DNA of 64,000 nucleotides from an archaeon (GTDB lineage: Archaea; Nanobdellota; Nanobdellia; Woesearchaeales; GW2011-AR15): the NCBI GenBank assembly GCA_018657065.1, contig JABHXU010000016.1, forward strand, positions 6,333 through 70,332, read 5' to 3'. The notes below the pieces were generated by a model. That model did not search any database and was not told the DNA's origin. It saw only the letters and a list, made by a program, of their open reading frames with translations. Position numbers and translations under genes: made by a program. Positions 19,611-28,379 of this stretch are shown here, piece after piece. Numbering within the stretch: position 1 is the first letter of the stretch; each line of letters starts with the position of its first letter.

Positions 19611-20186
19611 TTATTTATCAAATAATTTTTGAATCTTTAAAATATTTTTTTTATATTCTATTGATTCCTGTTCAATTTTTATAAATTCATTTTTTATTGA
19701 TTTATTTTCTTTTTCCAAAAGTATCTCTTCAACATCCTCTGAATTTAACTCTGTAATCACAGAACATTTTGGATCTGAATCATGTGGAATTATTTTTACC
19801 TTATTATTAAGAAGTCGTATACCATAAAAAGGATATATTTTACAAACACTCGGTCTAAACGCATATATCTCGCATTTATTGTCATTATTTAAGAAAATAC
19901 AATTTCCATTTTCTTTAATTTTTAATCTGAGAAGTCTATAATTACTATCTAACATATTGTATCTTAAAAACCCTTCAAGTGCTGGATCTCCTTTTTTTAA
20001 AAAACTAATAGTTTTTTTCGGTAATGGTGAATAATCTAAAAAATAACTATAATCTTTTTTAGTGTGTTTTTTAATTTCTTTTGCATTTTTTATGCTAACA
20101 AATGTAAATCCTTTATTATCCTTAAACTTACAACAATGAATTTCAGTTGGACAAACACTACAATGTTTTTTAAAATAATTTTTCAT
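19611..20186 (-). CDS. YkgJ family cysteine-cluster (CxxC..CC) protein
   Basis: CSVC...HCC, GNCIFL, CEIYAFRPSVCKIYPF. Confidence 0.85.
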   Translation of the reverse strand: MKNYFKKHCSVCPTEIHCCKFKDNKGFTFVSIKNAKEIKKHTKKDYSYFLDYSPLPKKTISFLKKGDPALEGFLRYNMLDSNYRLLRLKIKENGNCIFLNNDNKCEIYAFRPSVCKIYPFYGIRLLNNKVKIIPHDSDPKCSVITELNSEDVEEILLEKENKSIKNEFIKIEQESIEYKKNILKIQKLFDK

Positions 20187-20193
20187 AATTTCC

Positions 20194-20799
20194 TCAAATA
20201 ATTCTATATTTATCTCCTTCTACTATAATTGCTTGATTGTCATCAATTTTTACAAATTCACAGTTTTTGTAATCTGCAATAATTTTGTTATATGTATCTT
20301 TATATTTCTCACTATAATGAGGAAGAACAATAAAATCCACTAAATTAAGTGCATCATAGGTTTCAAGTTCTGGTGCTAATTTTGGATCATCTAAAACTTT
20401 AACTGATTCAATACTTGGACAAACTAATACTGCACCTGCACTACCTCCACAATATATTACTCCTTTTTCTAAAAGCTCAATAATTATTTTATTTAATCCA
20501 CTTTTTAGTGTTTCTTGCAACAAATAAAATGTGTTTCCTCCTGCAACATATATCACATCAAAAGTTTCAAGCTCTTTTTTTAATTCACTATAATTTTTGT
20601 TTCTAATATCAATTTCAATTAAATTAAAACCCAATTCTTTCCATTTTTTTCTATCATCATCAATAAACCATTTATTTTCATAAAGATCTGCTGCATTAGC
20701 AATAAAAGCTACTTTAGTTTTACTAGGTTCTTTACCTAAAAATTTAACAAATTCACCCATTACATTAGGTGTAACTGAAGTTAAAAATAATTTTTTCAT
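20194..20799 (-). CDS. Peptidase S51 (dipeptidase E-like)
   Basis: IYVAGGNTFYLL, GGSAGA nucleophile motif, LPHY. Confidence 0.9.
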   Translation of the reverse strand: MKKLFLTSVTPNVMGEFVKFLGKEPSKTKVAFIANAADLYENKWFIDDDRKKWKELGFNLIEIDIRNKNYSELKKELETFDVIYVAGGNTFYLLQETLKSGLNKIIIELLEKGVIYCGGSAGAVLVCPSIESVKVLDDPKLAPELETYDALNLVDFIVLPHYSEKYKDTYNKIIADYKNCEFVKIDDNQAIIVEGDKYRII

Positions 20800-20831
20800 A
20801 ATTTAAGAAATGTGGAACAAGTTTTTAATTA

Positions 20832-21746
20832 TTATGTAACAAGAATTCCGTAAAGCAAAAGAACACCTATTGAAATAGGAACAAACAAACTAGTCAAATT
20901 TGATAAATATTTTCTATCCTTATCTGGAACTAACGCTGGAAGTAACAATGAAGAAGGTGCTAATGCAAACACCATTAATGCGTGTTTGTAATCTGTTGAT
21001 AATCCAAGTTTTACTAAAACTAAATTAAATAATATAATTGAAAAAGATGTAGCAAATAAGTATCTAACAAAAATTAATTTAATTGGATCAATAAAATCTT
21101 TTATTTTAAATTCTAAATCTATTCCTATTGAAAGAGCAATTAATGTCACCATTGGAATACTTAGTAATGTTAAAGTTTCAAGTGCTATTTTATAGATAAA
21201 GAATTCTTGTATCAAAGTATGAATTCCTAGTAAATTTAAACCTAAACCTAAAAACATTGCAATGAGTATTGGTGCACTATCAAGTAATGCGTCTTTAATT
21301 GATTTATCATTATGTTTAGATAATAAAACCATTATAACTGTAAAAAAGAAAATCGCATTTCCTAGATCAATTAATGCAACCATAAATATTTTTTCAACAC
21401 CAAATAACATTGTAAATATTGGATAAGCAATCATACCTCCTTCAAAAGTTGTCATTGAAAATTTAAAATAATCATTTTTAATTTTCAGAATTTTTGACAA
21501 AATATGTCCAATAAAAAGGAGCATACCTGCAAGTAAAAAACCTACTACAGGTAAAATAATTAACCTGGTTTCAAATTTTACACCTAAAAAAGCAATAAAT
21601 AAAAACGCTGGTAAAATTAATCTAAAAACTAAATTATTAATTGACTTTATTGTTTGATGGTTAAAATGACCTTTTTTCTTAAAAAAATATCCAATTAAGA
21701 TTAAAGCAATTGTGGCAAACGATTTTATTAAAGAATTTAATTCCAT
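20832..21746 (-). CDS. AEC family (auxin efflux carrier-like) permease
   Basis: About 10 TM; LVFRLILPAFLF, EGGMIAYP. Confidence 0.75.
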   Translation of the reverse strand: MELNSLIKSFATIALILIGYFFKKKGHFNHQTIKSINNLVFRLILPAFLFIAFLGVKFETRLIILPVVGFLLAGMLLFIGHILSKILKIKNDYFKFSMTTFEGGMIAYPIFTMLFGVEKIFMVALIDLGNAIFFFTVIMVLLSKHNDKSIKDALLDSAPILIAMFLGLGLNLLGIHTLIQEFFIYKIALETLTLLSIPMVTLIALSIGIDLEFKIKDFIDPIKLIFVRYLFATSFSIILFNLVLVKLGLSTDYKHALMVFALAPSSLLLPALVPDKDRKYLSNLTSLFVPISIGVLLLYGILVT

Positions 21747-21800
21747 TAAAAATAACCGAGTTAAATTGGTATATAAGTTTTTTGGGAAAAATAAAAAAAA

Positions 21801-22868
21801 TTAAATTTTTTTGAGTCTGTTTCCTAGTTTTCTTACAGACCACCAATTTCCTAAAGTAATCCTAGTGTAGCTTAAGCTTTCATTGTTGCTATCTTTAATC
21901 CATGGATGTGGTGAAGTCTTAATTCCATGTGTCATTAAATAGTCTCCTAAGTCAAAGCTAGTGCCTCTAATTAAAGCAATATTTGTTTTACTGTTTCTAA
22001 CCATTTCAAGATTAAAATTACTATCAACAATTGATTCAATAAATTGTTGTTTTTTTCTAGCTCCTTTTATTGCTCTATTTAGTTTGTAAGGATTTTTTAA
22101 TGATCTTATAGCTACACTTTCACCACTAGGTGTAAAAGGAAGTCTATAATCTTCTATTTGTTTTGCAATTCCTTTACTCGAAATTCCATAGCCTAGTCTA
22201 CATTTTCCTGCAAGTCCTCTTGCTTTAGACATTGTAAAAAGTGCTAACACATTTTCATTCTCAGATGCAATTTTTGCAACCTCATTTACATAATCTACAC
22301 CTGCAAATTCACCATATGCCATATCCAGCACTAAAAAATGTCTTTCTTGTGCTCTATCTACTAATTGACTAATGTACTCTAAAGAAAGCACTTGACCAGT
22401 TGGATTATTTGAAGTTGAAATCATTACAATTTTTTGCTCTTCATTCATATGTTCAAGTATACCTTCAATAGTACTATCATCAAATTCAAAATTATTATTA
22501 TTACTCCTAGATACATCATGTATTTCTCTATTGTATCTAATTCCTAGTTCTTTAAATCTAGGAAACTCTGGTGAAGAAATAACAATATCTCCAACAAAAA
22601 TTTGAGGTAATATTTCTAGAGTTGAATCTATACCTGATCCAATACTAATTTGATTTATATTAACATCTAAATATTTACTAACTTCATTCTTAAACCTAGT
22701 AAAATTTGGATCAGAGTATCTACTAGATCTATTTTCTGGATTAAGTACACCTAAACTTAAATCCGACTTTACTTTTTTTTGTTCAGATTTATGAACATAC
22801 GATTCAAAAGATTCTTCGTTAAATCGTTGCATTCCTATTGTTAATTCTAGTTCTTTCATTATTCTCAC
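21801..22868 (-). CDS. Histidinol-phosphate aminotransferase-like PLP enzyme (class II, HisC/CobD-like)
   Basis: SRYSDP, GSGID, NNPTG, LDMAYGEF, TMSKARGLAG.CRLGY (PLP Lys), TRITLG. Confidence 0.8.
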   Translation of the reverse strand: MRIMKELELTIGMQRFNEESFESYVHKSEQKKVKSDLSLGVLNPENRSSRYSDPNFTRFKNEVSKYLDVNINQISIGSGIDSTLEILPQIFVGDIVISSPEFPRFKELGIRYNREIHDVSRSNNNNFEFDDSTIEGILEHMNEEQKIVMISTSNNPTGQVLSLEYISQLVDRAQERHFLVLDMAYGEFAGVDYVNEVAKIASENENVLALFTMSKARGLAGKCRLGYGISSKGIAKQIEDYRLPFTPSGESVAIRSLKNPYKLNRAIKGARKKQQFIESIVDSNFNLEMVRNSKTNIALIRGTSFDLGDYLMTHGIKTSPHPWIKDSNNESLSYTRITLGNWWSVRKLGNRLKKI

Positions 22869-22887
22869 CTCATTATTTTTTTATAGA

Positions 22888-22960
22888 GCTCTCTAGAAGG
22901 ATACGAACCAACATCTCCCAGAATACGTGCTGGTTATTTTACTGTAAACTGCACAGAGAA
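22888..22960 (-). pseudogene. Degenerate tRNA-like element (pseudo-tRNA or tRNA-mimic leader)
   Basis: 72-nt cloverleaf: TTCTCTG/TAGAGAG acceptor, GTTT/AAAT D-stem, CCAG/CTGG anticodon stem, GAGAT variable, GTTGG-TTCGTAT-CCTTC T-arm; several non-canonical positions. Confidence 0.55.
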
Positions 22961-23157
22961 ATTAAGTAAGTCAAATATATCAATGAAAATTAGACTGCAA
23001 TCAAATAATCAATTAATTTTAATTTGAAAACAGACTAATTTAGAAATAATAATAACTAGATAAAATAAATACAGAACTTGAACTTATATTATGTTTCATA
23101 GAATAGTATTATGTGTTCAAAGTATTTAAATGTTTCGTTACTTAATAGTGAAAACAA

Positions 23158-23385
23158 TTATTCAAGTAAAGAAACACAACAAACCATATCAGGTTCTTGG
23201 CAAGTCATTCCCCTCATAGTTGTCCAACTACTAAGTCTCATACATGTGTCTTCAAGCATGCATGTTCCTCCATTCGCTTCACATGATCTAGAATTATCAC
23301 TAAATGTTTTAAGTTTAGGTTGGCAACCCGTCATTAAGAACAAAACAACAATTAACCCAATTATAAAAATAATTTTTGTTTTCAT
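23158..23385 (-). CDS. Small Cys-rich lipoprotein with beta-defensin-like cysteine spacing
   Basis: Lipobox LMTGC; C-x6-C-x5-C-x13-C-x6-CC. Confidence 0.7.
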   Translation of the reverse strand: MKTKIIFIIGLIVVLFLMTGCQPKLKTFSDNSRSCEANGGTCMLEDTCMRLSSWTTMRGMTCQEPDMVCCVSLLE

Positions 23386-23469
23386 AATTAATTAAACAAC
23401 AGTTTAAATTAAATAGTTTTCTCTTTAAAATTAAAAAAATATAAATATGCATACATACAAATTATAAAA

Positions 23470-23631
23470 ATGACAAAAACAAAAAACGAAGACAGATCTG
23501 GTTTATTTATTCCTGCTGGATTAATGATTGGTATGGGTGTAGGATTTTATACAAACCAACTTGTTGGTGGTTTATTTATTGGACTTGGTCTAGGATTTCT
23601 TTGTATGGCAATTGCAAAACCAAAAAGATAG
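23470..23631 (+). CDS. Small glycine-rich 2-TM membrane protein (53 aa, not in ORF track)
   Basis: MTKTKNEDRSGLFIPAGLMIGMGVGFYTNQLVGGLFIGLGLGFLCMAIAKPKR; glycine-zipper-like spacing. Confidence 0.7.
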   Translation: MTKTKNEDRSGLFIPAGLMIGMGVGFYTNQLVGGLFIGLGLGFLCMAIAKPKR

Positions 23632-23702
23632 AAATTCAACTTGGTTCTTATTATTTTTTTTTCTAAATAATTATATACTTAGAACTCTATTTTATTGTTG
23701 AG

Positions 23703-23921
23703 GTGGTTCATTTGAACTTTTTTGATAGAGTTGAAAACTTAGGTAAAAAAATGAAATGGTATGATTTTTCACTTCTAAAAGGAACTGTATTTTTTGCTAC
23801 ACTATGTTTAATTACTGCTTGGCCAACATTTAAAGATCTAATTTTTTTAGTTGATTGGTATTGGTATTTGATATTATTTATAGTGTTTTCAGCTCCATTG
23901 TTTAAAAAAATGTATTCTTAA
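23703..23921 (+). CDS. Small hypothetical membrane protein
   Basis: 72 aa, KKMKWYDFSLLK..., two TM segments; GAGGTG at the GTG start. Confidence 0.6.
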   Translation: MVHLNFFDRVENLGKKMKWYDFSLLKGTVFFATLCLITAWPTFKDLIFLVDWYWYLILFIVFSAPLFKKMYS

Positions 23922-23978
23922 TTTTTTATTTATTCTAAATCAAAAAATATATATAACAATGATTCTCTAAATGCTAAT

Positions 23979-24479
23979 ATGAATAAACCTCTATTATCAT
24001 TAAAACCAAGTTTTTTTAATGCATTAATTCCTATGTTTGTTAAAAATTTAATTTATTCAGGAATTATTACAGTTGTTTTATATGGTCTTAGTTTTGTTCT
24101 AGAATTTCTAAATATTTTAAATCCAATTTCAAATAAAATATTTTTAGCAATTGTAATTTTAGTTGCTCTAGCAGTTCTTCCTCTTATTATTAGTGTAATA
24201 ATTTTAGCTAATAGTAATTATTATTTTTATAAAACACATGTTGAAAGTGAGTTTGAATTTTTTATAATTAAAAAACATTCAACACCATATAATCAAATAA
24301 CAAATATTTCAACTGATATTTCTATTTGGGATAGAATTTGTAGAGCTGGAGATATCACATTATATACTGCAGAAGATAATGTTAAAAATTTAACATTAAA
24401 ATACATTGAAAATCCTCAAAAAATTGAACAAGAGATTTATTCAATTATGAAATCAAATTCTAATCAAAAAACCAAATAA
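23979..24479 (+). CDS. Bacterial PH (bPH_2)-domain membrane protein
   Basis: 2 TM segments then PYNQITNIS...IWDRICRAGDITLYTA...LKYIENP. Confidence 0.75.
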   Translation: MNKPLLSLKPSFFNALIPMFVKNLIYSGIITVVLYGLSFVLEFLNILNPISNKIFLAIVILVALAVLPLIISVIILANSNYYFYKTHVESEFEFFIIKKHSTPYNQITNISTDISIWDRICRAGDITLYTAEDNVKNLTLKYIENPQKIEQEIYSIMKSNSNQKTK

Positions 24480-24484
24480 TTTTC

Positions 24485-25810
24485 TTACTCATTTACTAAT
24501 AAACCCTTCCAAAGTTGAATAGTAGATTTAATTTTTAGTATTAATTCAGTAAATGATTTTGTATTTAATAAATGTCTAAAAATATATCCTAGTCTTAAAT
24601 AAAATTTTCTAAAAGCATAATTATGTAATTTATTTAATTCTTCTTTTGAAATCTTTGTTTGTTTTTCATTTAAAATATTTGTTTTTGGATAATTAATTAA
24701 TACATCAAAAGAAGCATACCGAGGATCTAATTCAATTGCAAAATTAATTGTCTTTAAAATATCCTTTCTTGTTTCTCCTGGGTTTCCAATCATAAAATGA
24801 CACAAGGTATCTATTCCAATTTTTTTACAATTTTCTACTGTTTGTTTAACTTGCTTAATTGTTGTTCCTTTTTTTAACAAATTAAGCATATTTTGATTTG
24901 AAGATTCAACTCCAAATTTTAATAAATGACATCCTGCTTTTTTCATTATTTTTAATAATTCAAAATCAACAGTATCAACTCTTGAATTACCTATCCATGA
25001 AATTTCTATTTTTTCTTTAATTATTTTCTCACATAATTCTTTTATGTATTTTTTATCCAATGTTAAATTTTCATCTCTAAAAAATATTTCTTTATACCCT
25101 AATTCTTTAATCTGTTTGATCTCTTTAATAACTATATTTATTGATCTTTTTCTAAATGTTTTTCCATACAAACTAGGAACTGTACAAAAAGTGCAACTAT
25201 AAGGACATCCTCTAGTAATTGTCATAGAGGTATAAGGTAAGTTTCTAGCTAAAGGATTAAAATATTTATTATCAAACTCAAGATTTCTTTTCGGAATTGG
25301 AACTTTATCTAAGTTTTTAATTTGAGCTTTCTCTTCAGAAATATGATTTTTTAAACAAACACCATTTATTTTTTTTAATTTATCATATTCATTAATATTT
25401 TTAACAACTTTTTGAATTATTTCTTCAGGTTCTCCTTTAATTGCAAAATCAATAACTCCTGATTTTAATGTGTCGTTAGGCAAAATCGTTGAATGTTGTC
25501 CAAAAGCTATAATTTTACATGAAATTTTTTGTTTAAGTTTTTTTAAAAATAAATGATCTTCTTGAAATGTATAAGTACCAATATTCACAATAATAATTTT
25601 TGGTTTTTCTTTAATTAGAATATTTATTGCTTTCTCACTAGTTCTTTTTGATAAATCGAATATTTTTGAATTAGAAATCAAAGTATTTAATTGTCTTAAA
25701 TATAAAGGTGGCCAGGAATAATTAATAAATTTTTTTTTATGCCAACACCCGTAATATGTATCTCTAATAAATCCCTCTGCATTAGGTGGAACTAAAAGAA
25801 TTATTGACAT
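24485..25810 (-). CDS. B12-binding-domain radical SAM enzyme
   Basis: SWPPLYL, GEPE, TRGCPYSCTFC (CxxxCxxC), FRDENLT, FGVES, IGNPGET. Confidence 0.9.
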   Translation of the reverse strand: MSIILLVPPNAEGFIRDTYYGCWHKKKFINYSWPPLYLRQLNTLISNSKIFDLSKRTSEKAINILIKEKPKIIIVNIGTYTFQEDHLFLKKLKQKISCKIIAFGQHSTILPNDTLKSGVIDFAIKGEPEEIIQKVVKNINEYDKLKKINGVCLKNHISEEKAQIKNLDKVPIPKRNLEFDNKYFNPLARNLPYTSMTITRGCPYSCTFCTVPSLYGKTFRKRSINIVIKEIKQIKELGYKEIFFRDENLTLDKKYIKELCEKIIKEKIEISWIGNSRVDTVDFELLKIMKKAGCHLLKFGVESSNQNMLNLLKKGTTIKQVKQTVENCKKIGIDTLCHFMIGNPGETRKDILKTINFAIELDPRYASFDVLINYPKTNILNEKQTKISKEELNKLHNYAFRKFYLRLGYIFRHLLNTKSFTELILKIKSTIQLWKGLLVNE

Positions 25811-25888
25811 GATATTTTATATTCAAAGAATATATTTAAAGATTGCTTAAGCAAAATTTATATTAAGATTCTTTATTTAGTATATCTT

Positions 25889-28057
25889 ATGTTAATGTGG
25901 TTAAACTTAATTCTCTTAATTTTTTTAGGCTATTTATTTTCAATTTTAATTTTTAATAAATTAAATTTTAAAGAACTATTTGGATTCACTCTTTTGTTTG
26001 CAATCAGTTTATCTTCATTAGTTCTAGCAAATTTAATTTTCTTTCTTAATCTTAGCTCTAATCCTTATTTACTATTAGAAATAAATTTTATCTTAATTTC
26101 GTTGGTTTTATTTTTAATGTATAAAAAACAAATTAATATTTATATTCCCAAATTTAAAAAAACAGATTTGGTTTTTTCTTTATTTATCCTCATTATTGTT
26201 ATCTTTTCATTTTTTTATTATAATAATTCTGTTTATCATCTTTCATTAACTTCGTATTTAGAAAAAGGTGAGACAAATTGTTTTTACATGTTAGCTTTTG
26301 CACTTCAACCTTCTTTAGAAGATAAATTAGCTACAAAAACACCTTATGACATATTATCAACTCCTGGAAATTCTGTTTTTGTGTCTCCAATGCACTTATT
26401 TTTTGACTATAACACTTTCAAATATATCTATATTATATTTCAAGTCCTACTTTTTATTTTTACATATTTAATAATAAAATTTTTAACAAAAAGTTCTTTT
26501 TTTTCTTATATTACTTCACTATTTGCAATTTTTAATCCTTATATTCTTTCAATTGAAGTTCTTGATAGAAATGTTATGGCTTTAGTAGTTAGTACTATTC
26601 TATTTTTTTCTATATTCAAATATAAAAAAAAGTATTTCTTACATGGTCTTTTATACGGACTAGTGTCAGGTTTAGGATTAAGATTTCTTCCACTTGTTTT
26701 TATAATTCCAATTTTTATTTTATATTTTAAAGAAAAAACAAAAGTATGGAATTATCTGTTTTTTATTATAATTGCAGTTCTTTGTTTTGCTTACAATTTT
26801 CCTCATTTAAATTATCATGGACTTAACACATTAGGTGAATCAAAAAGCTATTTTTCTCTGGCTATTTTTGCTTTTACAAAATGGCTAAGAACTCCTTTTG
26901 TTCCATATCCTAATTTATTTTATATTTTAATTCAAATCATAAGTTATTTTGGCTATTTTATATCCTCAATAGTAATTTTGGGGTTTATTAGATTATTTAA
27001 AAAATCAAAAATAAACACTCTAATTTATTCACTAATTTTTCTAATTCCTTTTTTTACTCTTACAATTCAAAGAGATTTTATTGAAATGCCAAAAAATCGA
27101 ATAATCTTAATGAGTTTTCTTCCAATATTTATTTGGTTTTCTTTTGGATTAATTTCACTCACCCAGGCATTTAGATTTATAAGATTTAGAAAAAACATTA
27201 TTTATTTTAGTATAATATTCTTTATTTTATTTGGTTTTATTAATGTAGTTAAACAAATTAATTTTTCAGAAGAAAATGAATTTTACAATAGAAAATTTCT
27301 ATATCAAAAAGAAACTAATTCTTACTATAATTTTCAAAAACAACAATTAAGCAAAATCAAACTCTTTCCTTATTTTAAAAGACTTGGAAATAAAATCAAA
27401 TTTCCAAGAAAAAAACTTGAGGAAAAAGCAGTTATTTATAATTTAATTCAAAGAAAAAGTTTATCAAATTTTTATCAAGAAAAAAATTATGATTTTAATA
27501 TTCAAAAACCTATAGAAACTAATGATGAATATGTGAAAGTCTCAATAAATTTTGATAATCTTGTAACAAATCTAAGCAATGCTATTAAATTTTCTAGAGA
27601 AAATAATTTATTTATTGATTTTGAAAACAAAGAAGAGTTAATTGATGTATATTATAAAGAATTTAATATTTCATGGCAAAATGAAAAATTACCTTTAACC
27701 GTCTTTACTAAACACTCAGATTCAATATTTTTAAATGAAATATATTTAGATCTAAATTCATTTATTAGTTACAGCAAAGATGAATTTGGTTTTCATAAAA
27801 TAAATTCCATTAATTACAATTTTTATCCTGAATCTAAAGATTTTGCATTAAAGTCTTCAATGTCCGCTCTTCCTTCTCTTGATAATTCAAATTCTGTTAC
27901 TTTAAATATTCCTAGAAACCACAAAATAATTATTCGAAATTGGTTTATAAATGGTGCAAATGCTCAAGCCTTTAAAATTGATTCATGGGTTATTGATGTT
28001 AGTAAAGACGAACCATCTATCCAATTCTTATATAATGAACCTGAAAGTTATATTTAG
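25889..28057 (+). CDS. Large polytopic membrane protein, GT-C/ArnT-PMT-like glycosyltransferase candidate
   Basis: More than 12 TM segments, loop after the N-terminal TMs, FAIFNPY...LDRN, WLRTPFVPYP, soluble C-terminal domain; paralogous to 30070..31815. Confidence 0.55.
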   Translation: MLMWLNLILLIFLGYLFSILIFNKLNFKELFGFTLLFAISLSSLVLANLIFFLNLSSNPYLLLEINFILISLVLFLMYKKQINIYIPKFKKTDLVFSLFILIIVIFSFFYYNNSVYHLSLTSYLEKGETNCFYMLAFALQPSLEDKLATKTPYDILSTPGNSVFVSPMHLFFDYNTFKYIYIIFQVLLFIFTYLIIKFLTKSSFFSYITSLFAIFNPYILSIEVLDRNVMALVVSTILFFSIFKYKKKYFLHGLLYGLVSGLGLRFLPLVFIIPIFILYFKEKTKVWNYLFFIIIAVLCFAYNFPHLNYHGLNTLGESKSYFSLAIFAFTKWLRTPFVPYPNLFYILIQIISYFGYFISSIVILGFIRLFKKSKINTLIYSLIFLIPFFTLTIQRDFIEMPKNRIILMSFLPIFIWFSFGLISLTQAFRFIRFRKNIIYFSIIFFILFGFINVVKQINFSEENEFYNRKFLYQKETNSYYNFQKQQLSKIKLFPYFKRLGNKIKFPRKKLEEKAVIYNLIQRKSLSNFYQEKNYDFNIQKPIETNDEYVKVSINFDNLVTNLSNAIKFSRENNLFIDFENKEELIDVYYKEFNISWQNEKLPLTVFTKHSDSIFLNEIYLDLNSFISYSKDEFGFHKINSINYNFYPESKDFALKSSMSALPSLDNSNSVTLNIPRNHKIIIRNWFINGANAQAFKIDSWVIDVSKDEPSIQFLYNEPESYI

Positions 28058-28102
28058 AAAACTTAATAAACTCTCGTCTATTTAAAGAGAGTGGGGGAAA
28101 TA

Positions 28103-28234
28103 ATGGATACAGCTCAAGCTCTTATTTATACGCATATCCCGTACCTATTTGTTCTTATTTACATTATCTATGAGATAATTGCAATTAGAACATTATTTGT
28201 TAAAATTAGAAAAAAGGTGGAAAAATATGATTAG
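28103..28234 (+). CDS. Small single-TM peptide A (43 aa, not in ORF track)
   Basis: MDTAQALIYTHIPYLFVLIYIIYEIIAIRTLFVKIRKKVEKYD; GGGGG SD-like run upstream; similar to peptide B. Confidence 0.7.
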   Translation: MDTAQALIYTHIPYLFVLIYIIYEIIAIRTLFVKIRKKVEKYD

Positions 28235-28379
28235 TACAACATGGTCAATTATTCTAACTCAAATACCTATAGCCATAGCAATTGTGTACGCTGTAATTGA
28301 AGTTAGGAAAACAAAAAAAGAATTATTAAGAATATTAGACAAATTAGCTGATAAGGTTAATGAAAAAAACAAAAAATGA
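28227..28379 (+). CDS. Small single-TM peptide B (50 aa)
   Basis: MISTTWSIILTQIPIAIAIVYAVIEVRKTKKELLRILDKLADKVNEKNKK; overlaps the peptide A stop and the carbamoyltransferase start (ATGA). Confidence 0.72.
   Translation: MISTTWSIILTQIPIAIAIVYAVIEVRKTKKELLRILDKLADKVNEKNKK

Noticed and set aside
23040..23099. Short minus-strand ORF (MKHNISSSSVFILSSYYYF) as an attenuator leader for the hisC-like gene
   Set aside because: No His-codon run and no obvious terminator/antiterminator pairing.
28179..28226. TTG-start extension of peptide B given in the ORF track
   Set aside because: It overlaps peptide A in another frame; ATG 28227 fits translational coupling better.
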